This document shows, one piece after another, positions 7,925-19,500 of a DNA stretch of 43,999 nt (position 1 is its first letter; each line of letters begins with the position of its first letter). The stretch is from an uncultured Eubacteriales bacterium. Lineage in GTDB: Bacteria > Bacillota > Clostridia > Lachnospirales > CAZQDT01. Location of the stretch: positions 1 to 43,999 of the forward strand of contig CAZQDT010000002.1 in assembly GCA_964592005.1 (NCBI GenBank). The letters are read 5' to 3'. The notes beneath the pieces were generated by a model that saw only the letters and a program-made list of their open reading frames with translations, searched no databases and was not told the origin of the DNA. A program made the translations under genes and the position numbers.

Positions 7925-9343
7925 ATGAAGAGATTTTTGGTATTATTTACAACAATGATAATGTTTTTAGTAAGTATAACAGGGTGCTCATCTTCTAGCA
8001 TATTAGATGCTGAAAATCCAATAAAAATAGAAATTTGGACTTATTATTCAGGTTCTCAAATGCAGGCATTTGATAATATTGTAGAAGAATTTAATTTGAC
8101 GAGAGGAAAGGAAATAGGCGTTATCGTAAGTGCAGAAAGTAAAGGAAGTATAAGTAATTTAATTCAAGCAATAAATTCTTCAATGAATAGGGAAATAGGA
8201 AGTGAACCTCTTCCGAATATGATTTCAGGTTATTTGGATATGGCTTATAATCTTGAACAAAAAGGTATGCTGGCTGATATTGATAAATATTTTTCAAAAG
8301 AAGAATTGTCTAAGTACATAGATGGATACATAGAAGAAGGGCGTTTTGAAGAAAATGGAAATTTAAAAGTATTTCCTGTTGTTAAATCAAGTGAGGTACT
8401 TATTGTAAATAAAAAAGTATGGGATGAATTTTCAGCTCAGTCAGGTGTTTCGGTCGAACAGCTTTCTACGTGGGAGGGTATAACCCGGCTAGCAGAAAAG
8501 TATTATGATTGGTGTGGTAAAGCTTTTTTTGGCAGAGATTGTGAAGCAAATTATTTTATAGTTGGAAGTAAACAGCTAGGAAAAGAAATTTTTGAAGTGA
8601 AAAATGGAAAAGTAATTCTTAATTTAGATAAAGATATTATGAAAAAATTTTGGGACAATGCCTATGTACCTTATATAAAAGGGCATTATGTGAAAAAAGG
8701 AAAATTTAGGTCTGATGATGCTAAGACAGGAGATTTAATTGCTTGGGTAGGGTCAACTGCAAGTGCTGTTTATTTGCCTGAAAAAGTAGTTATAGATGAT
8801 AATAATTCATATCCTATGGAAGTGATGATTTTATCTGTACCTAATTTTAAAAATACTGAACCTTATGCAGTACAACAAGGTGCAGGAATTATGATTACTA
8901 AAGCTGAAGAAAAATATCAGTATGCGAGTGCGGAATTTTTAAAATGGATTACGGAGTCTGAAATTAATATAAAATTTGCTTTAGATGCTTCTTATGGACC
9001 AGTGAAAAAAAGTTCAAATAATATTAAAATTATAGATTCTATTATTGAAGAAAATGATATAGATATTTCAGAGCCAGTAAAAAAAACAATGGAAATTATG
9101 GTTAATCAAGCTGTAAATTATAATATGTTTGCAGGGAAAACATTTGAAAATGCAAATGAGGCAAGAAATATACTTGAATATTCTCTTTCGGACAAAGCAG
9201 TTGCAGATAGAATAGAAATAGAAAAAATGGTAGAAAATGGGGCGTCTGTTGATGTTGCAGTGGGAGTTTATAATACACAGGAAAATTTTGAGCAATGGTT
9301 TGAGGATTTAAAAAAGGAATTGGAGTTCGCCATTAATAAATAG
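7925..9343 (+). CDS. Extracellular solute-binding lipoprotein (ABC-type SBP, family 1-like), orphan
   Basis: Signal peptide MKRFLVLFTTMIMFLVSITGC (lipobox ITG-C). About 470 aa with sugar-type SBP size and layout. No permease or ATPase gene adjacent. Confidence 0.75.
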   Translation: MKRFLVLFTTMIMFLVSITGCSSSSILDAENPIKIEIWTYYSGSQMQAFDNIVEEFNLTRGKEIGVIVSAESKGSISNLIQAINSSMNREIGSEPLPNMISGYLDMAYNLEQKGMLADIDKYFSKEELSKYIDGYIEEGRFEENGNLKVFPVVKSSEVLIVNKKVWDEFSAQSGVSVEQLSTWEGITRLAEKYYDWCGKAFFGRDCEANYFIVGSKQLGKEIFEVKNGKVILNLDKDIMKKFWDNAYVPYIKGHYVKKGKFRSDDAKTGDLIAWVGSTASAVYLPEKVVIDDNNSYPMEVMILSVPNFKNTEPYAVQQGAGIMITKAEEKYQYASAEFLKWITESEINIKFALDASYGPVKKSSNNIKIIDSIIEENDIDISEPVKKTMEIMVNQAVNYNMFAGKTFENANEARNILEYSLSDKAVADRIEIEKMVENGASVDVAVGVYNTQENFEQWFEDLKKELEFAINK

Positions 9344-9352
9344 AATAGGATT

Positions 9353-11557
9353 GTGATTAAATTGCAGAAAAGAAGTCATTCTATTAAAATAAAGTTATTA
9401 ATGCCTATTATGTTTATGGCAGTTGTTCAAGTAATAGTATTTTTTATAATAATATATGGTTTTAATGTTTCGGAATTGTCAAATAATGTGTATGATTTGT
9501 TGGATAAAACGGTATCAATGAAATCAAGTTTTTTTCAGAGAGATTTAAATTCATTGATTGGAAATGTTAAACTATACCATGAGGTTATTTCAGAAAATAT
9601 AAATAAAATAGCAGGTGAAAAGGGTTTAGATTTAAAAGATGTAATTTATGAAGAAGAAACATATTCTGTACTTGAAGATAATTTGACTGATGTTTTGAGC
9701 TTATCAAGAAGCAGTATGGTAACAGGAGGATATGTTATACTTGAAAATAATAAAACAAGAAAATCAGCTATATACATAAGAAGTATTTCGCCAGATTTAA
9801 TAACAACTGATAATTCTGATTTATTGGCAGAAGCAGGCAGAGCAGAAATTTTAAAAGATAAGGGGATATCTTTAGATACAAATTGGTCTCCCGGATTAGA
9901 AATTGATGACAGTGAAAAATATAATTTTTATAATATACCTTTTCAAGCAGGAAATTATTATAAAAATATAAGTGCATCAGAGTTGGGTTATTGGTCAGAT
10001 GTTCATAATTTTAATGGGGTTGATGTTATAACATATTCTATTCCATTAGTGGACAAAGGACATAATTCATATGGGGTCTTAGGAATAGAGATTTCTTTGG
10101 ATTATATATCAAAAATTCTTCCAGAAGCTGAGTTAGAATTTGGAAATAGTAGTTCATATATGATTGTAAAAAGCGACAATAATAACAGAAATTTCAAAAA
10201 AGAATTTATAGGCAAAAAACTTTGGAATGAAATATCTGTTTCAAATGAGAATTTTAATATAAAAAAACAAAATGATAAATATAGTCTTTATTCTATAAAT
10301 GATAAAGCTTTAAATAAAGATGTATACTGTATTATAAAACCATTGGAAATGTATAAGAGTAATACACCATTTGAGGAGGATTTATGGTATTTGGCTGTTG
10401 CGGTGGAGGAACAGGAGTTATTTGAAGGAATATATAAACTTAAGGAATTATTTTTTAAATCAATAATTGTAATAGCTTTAATTTCGCTTATAACAGCATT
10501 GTTTGTAAGTTCTTATTTTACAAAGCCAATACAGAATTTAATGAATGAACTTAGAAATAGTGACCCATCAGAACAATTAAGTCTTAAAAATACAAATATA
10601 TTAGAGATAGATGAACTTTCGGCAGTAATAGAAAGACTTAATAAAGACGTGGCATATTCTGCATCAAGATTTACGCAGATGATTGATTTAGTTGATATAT
10701 CAATAGGTGGAATAGAATATGATGAAGAATTAGGAATTTGTCATTTGACAGGCAATGTCTGTGAAATGATGGATTTTTCAGAAAGCTATTATTTGGCGGC
10801 TAGCAATAAAAAAGATTTTTTAAAGGAATTTGATGATTTTAGAAAAAAAGTAGTGAATATTACACAGGCATCAGAAAATAAAGAAATTTATACCTGTGAA
10901 GTAAATAAAAATAACGGAGAAATAGTATGGCTTCGTTTTAGTATAAAAAAAGAAGTTACAAGACAGATAATAGTATTGATAGATGTTACGGAAGAAATAC
11001 TTGATATGAAGCGTGTGGAGTATGAAAGAGACCATGACAGTCTGACAGGTCTTTTAAACAGGGTTGCATTTGAAAGAAAAAGCAAAAAATTACTTAATGA
11101 AAAACCTAAGGCAGCAGCGATGATAATGTGGGATTTAGATAATCTTAAATACATAAATGACAATTATGGTCATGAACTTGGTGATGAATATATAATAAAG
11201 ACAGCGGCAGTACTTAGAGGAATTGAAAGAGCAGGAGCATTGGTTTCAAGGCGTTCTGGAGATGAATTTTTTGCTATGATATATGGACTTAAAAGTGAAG
11301 AAGAAATATATAAAGAAATTTGTAGAGTGCATGAGGAATTGTTAAATACGGAGTTGAAGCTTGCAGATGATAAAAATATTAAAATTAAAGCTTCATGTGG
11401 ATATGTATGTTATCCAGAAGAAACAGGTAATATTGAAAATCTGATAAAATATGCTGATTTTGCAATGTATGAAGCAAAGAAAAATAAAAAGGGAACTATT
11501 AGAAAGTTTAATTTAGAAGAGTATAAAAAATCAGAAGTAGATATGGAATTTGAGTAA
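9353..11557 (+). CDS. Membrane sensor diguanylate cyclase (large extracytoplasmic Cache-like domain, PAS-like region, GGDEF)
   Basis: TM helix near residue 20 and a second near residue 370 flank about 330 extracytoplasmic residues. C-terminal GGDEF domain (DHDSLTGLLNR ... RRSGDEFF, that is an SGDEF variant; no RxxD I-site seen). GTG start 9 nt after the SBP stop. Confidence 0.85.
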   Translation: MIKLQKRSHSIKIKLLMPIMFMAVVQVIVFFIIIYGFNVSELSNNVYDLLDKTVSMKSSFFQRDLNSLIGNVKLYHEVISENINKIAGEKGLDLKDVIYEEETYSVLEDNLTDVLSLSRSSMVTGGYVILENNKTRKSAIYIRSISPDLITTDNSDLLAEAGRAEILKDKGISLDTNWSPGLEIDDSEKYNFYNIPFQAGNYYKNISASELGYWSDVHNFNGVDVITYSIPLVDKGHNSYGVLGIEISLDYISKILPEAELEFGNSSSYMIVKSDNNNRNFKKEFIGKKLWNEISVSNENFNIKKQNDKYSLYSINDKALNKDVYCIIKPLEMYKSNTPFEEDLWYLAVAVEEQELFEGIYKLKELFFKSIIVIALISLITALFVSSYFTKPIQNLMNELRNSDPSEQLSLKNTNILEIDELSAVIERLNKDVAYSASRFTQMIDLVDISIGGIEYDEELGICHLTGNVCEMMDFSESYYLAASNKKDFLKEFDDFRKKVVNITQASENKEIYTCEVNKNNGEIVWLRFSIKKEVTRQIIVLIDVTEEILDMKRVEYERDHDSLTGLLNRVAFERKSKKLLNEKPKAAAMIMWDLDNLKYINDNYGHELGDEYIIKTAAVLRGIERAGALVSRRSGDEFFAMIYGLKSEEEIYKEICRVHEELLNTELKLADDKNIKIKASCGYVCYPEETGNIENLIKYADFAMYEAKKNKKGTIRKFNLEEYKKSEVDMEFE

Positions 11558-11561
11558 AAAA

Positions 11562-11600
11562 TGGTGGTGGTTAAGAGAAGATTTTCTTAATCACCACAAA
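11562..11600. terminator. Hairpin terminator between convergent DGC and cls genes
   Basis: 13-bp stem 11564-11576 / 11585-11597. The T-run is on the minus-strand side, so it fits best as the cls terminator. Confidence 0.7.
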
Positions 11601-11602
11601 AA

Positions 11603-13105
11603 TTATAGTATTGGAGAAATAAGTCTTGATATAGCTTCACGAAATTTAACCCCGAAAGAACGTTTACTGTAACTTTCGATGGTAAGTTCTACACTATTTT
11701 CTAAATCTTTCAAAAATTCTGTTTCGAGTTCAGAAGTTATATTTTCATCGTATATAAAAGCATTTGCTTCAAAATTAACTGAAAAGCTTCTTACGTCCAT
11801 ATTGGCAGTACCTATGCTGCAAACCAGACCATCTATCATAACAAGTTTGCTGTGTATGAAGCATTTGGGATTATATTGGTAAAAACGTACTCCAGAGTTT
11901 AAAAGTTCTCCAGCATAGGAGAGGTTTGCCCAGTATACAAAAGGGTGGTCGGGTTTTCCGGGAATTAATACTCTTACATCAAGTCCTGAAAGAGCAGCAA
12001 TTTTTATTGCCTCTAAGATACTGTCATCGGGGACAAAATATGGAGAAACTATGTAAATATTTTTTTCAGCTTCGTTTATCATTTTAAAGTATCCTTGTTT
12101 AATTTGGTGAAGTTTGGTGTCAGGTCCACTTGAAACTATTTGTATACTTGAACCATTTGTAAAATTTTTTGAAGGAAAGTAATTTCCCTCTTCTAAAAAT
12201 TTTTCTTTAGCCACAAAATTCCAGTCCATCATAAATCTAAGTTCTAGCTGGTCTACGCAGTTTCCCTCAACACGCATATGTGTATCTCTCCAATGCCCTA
12301 ATTTTTTGTTGAAACCGAGATATTCATTACCTATGTTAAAACCGCCTATATACCCAATATTTCCATCTATTACTGTTATTTTTCGGTGATTTCTGTAATT
12401 AAGACGCATAGTAATTTTAGCTGCAAAACTTTGTAAATAAATACCAATTTCTCCGCCGGCTTTTTTGAAATCTTTAAAAAATTTGGGTGTAAGACTTCTT
12501 CCTCCCATACTGTCATAGATAAGTTTTACTTCTACACCTTCAATAGCTTTTTGAGTTAAAGCATCTATTATTGCTTTACCAAGTTCATCATTTTTTATTA
12601 TATAATATTCTATGTGAATAAAGTTTTTAGCATTTTTTATATCTGTTAAAAGACTTTTGAATTTTTCTTGACCATTGTGAAAAAGTTTTATTTTATTGTT
12701 ATAAGTCATACGAATATCATTGCTTTTAAGGTGCATATTTGCTAAATCTTCAAAATTTTGAAATTCATTGAACTTTTTGTCAGGATTGATTATAGATTTA
12801 CCGGAGTCAAAATAATTTTTTTGTAAATCAATTTCCTTTTTTATATGTGGAAATTTATTAAGATAATAATTGAAAATTTTTTCGTCTTCTTTTTGTTTTT
12901 GAAGAAATAATTTTTGATTTCTTCCGTCTTGTCCAAAAAAAAGATATATTATAAAACCGAAAACAGGTATGAAAAGTATCACCATAAGCCAAGCCCAAGT
13001 GCTTACTGGTTTTTTTCTTTCAAAAAATACAACTATGGCAGCTAAAATAATATTGAAAATAAGAGATACAGTAATTATATTTAATATTATATTTAAAAAT
13101 CCCAC
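11603..13105 (-). CDS. cls: Cardiolipin synthase (PLD superfamily, two HKD motifs)
   Basis: N-terminal TM helices. HKD motifs HRKITVIDG and HSKLVMIDG. AGGAGG lies 7 nt upstream of GTG 13105 (ORF track extends to 13207). Confidence 0.9.
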   Translation of the reverse strand: MGFLNIILNIITVSLIFNIILAAIVVFFERKKPVSTWAWLMVILFIPVFGFIIYLFFGQDGRNQKLFLQKQKEDEKIFNYYLNKFPHIKKEIDLQKNYFDSGKSIINPDKKFNEFQNFEDLANMHLKSNDIRMTYNNKIKLFHNGQEKFKSLLTDIKNAKNFIHIEYYIIKNDELGKAIIDALTQKAIEGVEVKLIYDSMGGRSLTPKFFKDFKKAGGEIGIYLQSFAAKITMRLNYRNHRKITVIDGNIGYIGGFNIGNEYLGFNKKLGHWRDTHMRVEGNCVDQLELRFMMDWNFVAKEKFLEEGNYFPSKNFTNGSSIQIVSSGPDTKLHQIKQGYFKMINEAEKNIYIVSPYFVPDDSILEAIKIAALSGLDVRVLIPGKPDHPFVYWANLSYAGELLNSGVRFYQYNPKCFIHSKLVMIDGLVCSIGTANMDVRSFSVNFEANAFIYDENITSELETEFLKDLENSVELTIESYSKRSFGVKFREAISRLISPIL

Positions 13106-13326
13106 AAAAAAACCTCCTGTAAAAATATTACAAATTGCTATTGAGAATAAATATTTTTTAAATATATTATAGCCTATATTTAAATATAAATATAAGAATA
13201 AACCCAAAATTAAAAAAAATCAATTAAATTATAAAAAATATGCCTTATTTAACAAATAACTCTTTGCTAAAATCAAAAATAATGGTAAAATAAAAAATAG
13301 ATTATTTTTAAGGAGGAAAAAAGAAA

Positions 13327-13776
13327 ATGCAGTTATTGGATATTATTTTAATAGTAGCAATAGTGGCAGGCTTAATTCTTGTAGGATTATTCTTCTTGAA
13401 CCAGTGGGCAAGCAAGAAGATGGGAGAGCAACAAAGTGCCATTGAGGCAAGTAAGATGACACAATCGGTATATGTAATTGATAAAAAGAAAGATAAGCTT
13501 GAAAATGCACATATGCCTAAAATGGTAATGGAACAAGTTCCAAAATATTTGAAATGGAAAAAAATGCCTTTGGCTAAAGTGAAAATTGGTCCACAAATAA
13601 TGACTTTGATATGTGACCCAAAGGTATATGATGAATTGCCACTTAAAAAACAGGTAAAAGTAGAATTGGCAGGGATTTATATTATTGCTATAAAAGGTGC
13701 AAAAGTAGTGCCTGCAAAGAAAAAATCGTTTATGGATAAAATAAAAGATAAGCTGCCTAAAAAAACAGCTAAATAA
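13327..13776 (+). CDS. Hypothetical membrane-anchored Lys-rich protein
   Basis: 149 aa with a single N-terminal TM helix (LLDIILIVAIVAGLILVGLFFL). RBS AAGGAGGA. No family recognised. Confidence 0.6.
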   Translation: MQLLDIILIVAIVAGLILVGLFFLNQWASKKMGEQQSAIEASKMTQSVYVIDKKKDKLENAHMPKMVMEQVPKYLKWKKMPLAKVKIGPQIMTLICDPKVYDELPLKKQVKVELAGIYIIAIKGAKVVPAKKKSFMDKIKDKLPKKTAK

Positions 13777-13781
13777 TATGA

Positions 13782-15443
<1,662 letters not shown>

Positions 15444-15462
15444 AATTTAAGGTGGTTTTATT

Positions 15463-16173
15463 ATGAGTACACATATTGCAGCAAAACAGGGTGAAATAGC
15501 ACAGACGGTTTTGATGCCGGGTGACCCTTTAAGAGCAAAGTATATAGCAGAAACTTTTTTGGAAAATTCTGTATGTTATAATGAAGTAAGAGGTATGTTG
15601 GGATATACAGGGACTTACAAAGGTAAAAGAATTTCTGTACAGGGTTCAGGAATGGGTATTCCTTCGTTTATGATTTATGGTACAGAATTGATAAAAGAGT
15701 ATGATGTTAAAAATATTATACGTATAGGTACTTGTGGTGGACTTTCTACGGATATAAAGATAAGAGATATTGTAATTGCAATGAGTACTTGTACTACTTC
15801 AGGTATTAATAGAACAAGATTTATGGGTTATGATTTTGCACCTACTGCAAACTTTGAACTTTTAAATAAGGCTTATAATGTAGCAAAAAATATGGGCATT
15901 GATATGAAACGTGTTCATGTAGGCTCAGTGTTAAGCAGTGATGAATTTTATGGGCATGATGAAGGACTTCAGGAAAAATTTGCAAGCTACGGAGTGCTTG
16001 GAGTTGAAATGGAAGCGGCTGGATTGTATACCTTGGCTGCACAGCATCATATAAAAGCACTTGCTATTATGACAGTGAGTGACCATATTATTACAGGAGA
16101 AAGTACATCAGCAGAAGAAAGACAGAAAACATTCATCGAAATGATGGAAATCGCATTGGAAACAGCTGAGTAA
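15463..16173 (+). CDS. deoD: Purine nucleoside phosphorylase, DeoD type
   Basis: 236 aa. N-terminus [34 protein letters not shown] and the GVEMEAA motif are characteristic of hexameric DeoD PNP. Confidence 0.92.
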   Translation: MSTHIAAKQGEIAQTVLMPGDPLRAKYIAETFLENSVCYNEVRGMLGYTGTYKGKRISVQGSGMGIPSFMIYGTELIKEYDVKNIIRIGTCGGLSTDIKIRDIVIAMSTCTTSGINRTRFMGYDFAPTANFELLNKAYNVAKNMGIDMKRVHVGSVLSSDEFYGHDEGLQEKFASYGVLGVEMEAAGLYTLAAQHHIKALAIMTVSDHIITGESTSAEERQKTFIEMMEIALETAE

Positions 16174-16179
16174 AATTAA

Positions 16180-16217
16180 AATAGTGTACTGCATATTTGC
16201 AATACACTATTTTTTTG
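16180..16217. terminator. Hairpin terminator after deoD
   Basis: ATAGTGTA (16181-16188) / TACACTAT (16203-16210) followed by TTTTTTT. Confidence 0.75.
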
Positions 16218-17096
16218 TTATATTAAAGAAGTAGAGATATATATAAGGTATATAACAATAATAAAAAAGAAAGCTAAACTAAAATCTTTTTTATCAAATT
16301 TAAGTTTTTCTTTGAATGAATTTTTAATAAATTCTTCTTTATTATTGAATTTAATTAAAAGCTTGAATATAGCATATATTAGAGGTAATGTAAGTAAAGT
16401 TACAAAGGCATATACTCCTATTACGTATAAAGTACTTTCAGTAGTAGCGACAGCAGTTTCAGAAGAAGTAGCTGCAAATCTTGCTAAAAGCAGTTGTGAG
16501 GCATTAAAAATAAAGTGAACAAGTATAGTTGAAAAAATGGAGTCTGTAATTTTAAGAATATATATAAAGATTATCCCCATTACAAAAGCATATAGAAATT
16601 GTTCACCATTTAGATGAATTATTGCAAACATTAAACCATTCATAAAAGCTATATATTTAAGATTTTTACCTTCGTAATCTGAAGCAAAAGCACCTCTGAG
16701 AGCAATTTCTTCACAAATAGCTGGAGAAATTGCCGATATAAATAAAGATATTACTAAAGGCATAGTATTTAAAGTATTTACAAAATTATTGACATTAGAT
16801 GGGAAAATAAGGGAAGATATTCCAGCCCAAAGTCCCATAGATGGTTGAATTAAAATTGCAAATATTATAAGTAAGATTATACTTTTAAAAGATAAGGGCT
16901 TTATTGAAAAAGCCCTTTTTAGGTTCTTATTTGTAATTTTTACATAAATAATAGACGGCATGAGTATAAATAATATTTCACTTGTACAGAGCCAAAATAT
17001 AGTAGAGGCTGGTATAAGTGCATATATATAAGGAGTAATAAGTTGTAATATTATCAAAACAAGTATAAATATATGCGAATTTAAAATAGAAATCAT
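16218..17096 (-). CDS. CPBP family intramembrane glutamic endopeptidase (CAAX protease/Abi type)
   Basis: Polytopic. Motif 1 EEIALRG, motif 2 FAIIH, motif 3 VHFIFN. AAGGTGA lies 5 nt upstream of ATG 17096. The ORF-track GTG 17105 would overlap the upstream stop as GTGA. Confidence 0.85.
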   Translation of the reverse strand: MISILNSHIFILVLIILQLITPYIYALIPASTIFWLCTSEILFILMPSIIYVKITNKNLKRAFSIKPLSFKSIILLIIFAILIQPSMGLWAGISSLIFPSNVNNFVNTLNTMPLVISLFISAISPAICEEIALRGAFASDYEGKNLKYIAFMNGLMFAIIHLNGEQFLYAFVMGIIFIYILKITDSIFSTILVHFIFNASQLLLARFAATSSETAVATTESTLYVIGVYAFVTLLTLPLIYAIFKLLIKFNNKEEFIKNSFKEKLKFDKKDFSLAFFFIIVIYLIYISTSLI

Positions 17097-17101
17097 TGTT
17101 A

Positions 17102-18334
17102 TCACCTTTTTAATTTTTCTGATAGTTCAGGATTGTTTTCTGTTTTTTTAGTAATATTTTTATCAACAGCAATTTCTATAAGAGAGTATATTACAGCGAA
17201 AATAGGTACAGCTATAAACATTCCGATTACTCCTGCCAAAGCGCCACCTATGGTAATTGCAAAGATAATCCAGAAAGGTCCAAGTCCTGTTGAATCACCA
17301 AGTATCTTAGGTCCTATAATATTTCCATCTATTTGCTGTAAAATAAGTATAAATACAGCTACAAATAATGCTGTCCAAAATCCGCCTGTAAAAAGGCTTA
17401 TAAGTATAGATGGTGCAGCTCCGATAAATGGACCAAAATAAGGAATAACGTTTGTAACTCCTACTATTATAGAAATAATTAAAGCATAAGGTACTCTGAA
17501 TATCAAAAGTACAACAAAACATATAATTGCAATTATAAGAGAGTCTATAATTTTACCTACTAAAAATTTTTCAAAAGTATCATCAAGTTTAGTTATAAGA
17601 AAATGCAATTTATCTGCTAATGATACAGGCAAAACAGCATATGTACAGCGTAAAGCCTGTTTTAAGAAAATTTCTTTATCTAATAGTACATATATTGAAA
17701 TTATCAAAGCAACTATAATGTTTATTAATTGTTTTGTTACAAAGACTGTACCTGTTATTATTGTAGAAATAGTAGAGCCTAAACCGGTAGCAAATTTACC
17801 TAACATAGTACTTATGGTAGAAGATAAAGAAGATAAAGTTGCCATAATTTCATCAAAAATTAAGTTTATGCTTTTTTCAAAATCACTTGTAAAAAATTCA
17901 GGATATTTATCTGAAAGTGTTTGGAAATATTCTTCCAGATTTATTAAACCACTGTTAAGTCCATTAAATAAACCATAAATATTTTTAGTTATTTCTGGTA
18001 TTAAATAAGAAATAAACCAACCAAGCAAAACAATTATTAAAACATAAGAAATAAGAACGGAAAGCCCTCTTCTAAGTTTGAATTTTCTGCCGGGTTTAAA
18101 AAATTTAAATTTTAAAAGAACCTTTTCTTCAAAAAAAGTAACCAGAGGATTCATTAAATATGCTATAAAAAATCCTATGAAGAAAGGGGATAAAATACTA
18201 ATTGCTTGTTCAAAAATGGTTTTAATACTGTCAAATTTATCAAATAAGTTTTGGAATAAAATGGCAACGATTATTACAGCTAAAGCATAAAGACTTAAAG
18301 TCAAATAACGTTTGTCTAAAAAATTTTTTTTCAA
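17102..18334 (-). CDS. AI-2E family transporter (PerM/UPF0118)
   Basis: 410 aa polytopic protein with the characteristic VGVTNVIPYFGPFIGAAPS segment. TTG start with GAAGGAG 5 nt upstream. Confidence 0.85.
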   Translation of the reverse strand: MKKNFLDKRYLTLSLYALAVIIVAILFQNLFDKFDSIKTIFEQAISILSPFFIGFFIAYLMNPLVTFFEEKVLLKFKFFKPGRKFKLRRGLSVLISYVLIIVLLGWFISYLIPEITKNIYGLFNGLNSGLINLEEYFQTLSDKYPEFFTSDFEKSINLIFDEIMATLSSLSSTISTMLGKFATGLGSTISTIITGTVFVTKQLINIIVALIISIYVLLDKEIFLKQALRCTYAVLPVSLADKLHFLITKLDDTFEKFLVGKIIDSLIIAIICFVVLLIFRVPYALIISIIVGVTNVIPYFGPFIGAAPSILISLFTGGFWTALFVAVFILILQQIDGNIIGPKILGDSTGLGPFWIIFAITIGGALAGVIGMFIAVPIFAVIYSLIEIAVDKNITKKTENNPELSEKLKR

Positions 18335-18455
18335 TATATCTCCTTCTTTCTTTGAAATGTCTAAAAAAATTATATCATATTTATGTTTAAAAACAAGTGA
18401 AGTTTGAATTACAAATTTTATCTTATAAAAATATACGAATTTTATTAAAAAAAGT

Positions 18456-19337
18456 TTAATCTTTAAAGTTTTTAATCATTATTTTTATAAAATCTTTTAA
18501 AATATTATTGTTTTGTAATGATTTATAGTATATTCCAAAGGAAATAGGTTCGGTTTCATTTATGGGTATTTTGATAATATTAGGATTTTCAGAAATAAGG
18601 AGTTCAGGCAATATTGAAATTCCTATACCTGTACCCACAAGCATATTTACCTCTTCTGAAGATTCACAATTGTAAAAATCTGTAAAACTTTTTTTGCTTG
18701 CAATTTGTTTATAGGTTTGAGAAAGTTCCGATGGCGTTTTGGATAAATCATTAAGTATTACTTTTTCATTTTTTAAATCAGAAAAATTTATACTTTCTTT
18801 TTTGGATAAAGGGTTGCTTTGATGACATAAGCAATATAATGGAATTTTAACAAGCTCTTTATAATAAAGGGTGTTTTTGTTTACATAGTCTGTTTTAAAA
18901 GAAACGATGACATCTACATCTTCGTCTTCTAAAAGTCTGAATAAATGAAAAAATTGTAAAGTTTTAATTTTAGGATGCACATTTGGATATAATTCAACTA
19001 AATCTTTGATTGGATTTGTAAGATTAAACATAATTGAATTACTTTGACAACCTATGGAAAATAATTTTATTTCATTTTCAGAAAGACTTTCAAAACGTTT
19101 TCTTGCTCTTATTTCTATATCTATAATAGATTTAGCATCATTTATAAAAGTAATTCCGGCATAAGTAAGTTCGACATTTCTTGTAGTACGTTTAAAAAGT
19201 TTTATATTTAATTCATTTTCAAGCGAACGGATTTGGTGAGTAACAGCGGGCTGAGTGATGTTGAGTTGCTCGGCTGCTTTAGCAAAGTTTAAAGTTTGAG
19301 AAACTTTTAAAAAACAATGGAGTTGAAAAGTATTCAT
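18456..19337 (-). CDS. LysR family transcriptional regulator
   Basis: N-terminal wHTH (FLKVSQTLNFAKAAEQLNITQPAVTHQIRSLE) plus a substrate-binding-type C-terminal domain. Divergent from the ABC exporter genes. Confidence 0.9.
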   Translation of the reverse strand: MNTFQLHCFLKVSQTLNFAKAAEQLNITQPAVTHQIRSLENELNIKLFKRTTRNVELTYAGITFINDAKSIIDIEIRARKRFESLSENEIKLFSIGCQSNSIMFNLTNPIKDLVELYPNVHPKIKTLQFFHLFRLLEDEDVDVIVSFKTDYVNKNTLYYKELVKIPLYCLCHQSNPLSKKESINFSDLKNEKVILNDLSKTPSELSQTYKQIASKKSFTDFYNCESSEEVNMLVGTGIGISILPELLISENPNIIKIPINETEPISFGIYYKSLQNNNILKDFIKIMIKNFKD

Positions 19338-19377
19338 ATTAAAAATCCTTTCTTTGTTAGTTTATCAAATTAAAAAA

Positions 19378-19400
19378 ATTAATAAAAATCTTTTATTAAT
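19378..19400. promoter_or_regulatory. Palindrome ATTAATAAAA-ATC-TTTTATTAAT (candidate LysR box)
   Basis: Perfect 10-bp arms, compatible with T-N11-A. Lies 41-63 bp upstream of the lysR start in the divergent region. Confidence 0.45.
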
Positions 19401-19416
19401 TATAATATATTTTCAT

Positions 19417-19445
19417 TTTACTTTCAATAAAATTAGTGATATAAT
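19417..19445 (+). promoter_or_regulatory. Putative promoter of the ABC exporter operon
   Basis: TTTACT, 17 nt, then extended -10 TGATATAAT (TATAAT at 19440-19445). Confidence 0.5.
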
Positions 19446-19500
19446 GCTAAAATATTAAAAAAGGTTAAATATAAATACCATAAATAAGGAGGTAAATGGT

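Noticed and set aside
13327-13776. Identification of the 149-aa membrane-anchored protein as YajC
   Set aside because: Only the single N-terminal TM helix and the charged tail are similar. The YajC signature after the helix is not present.
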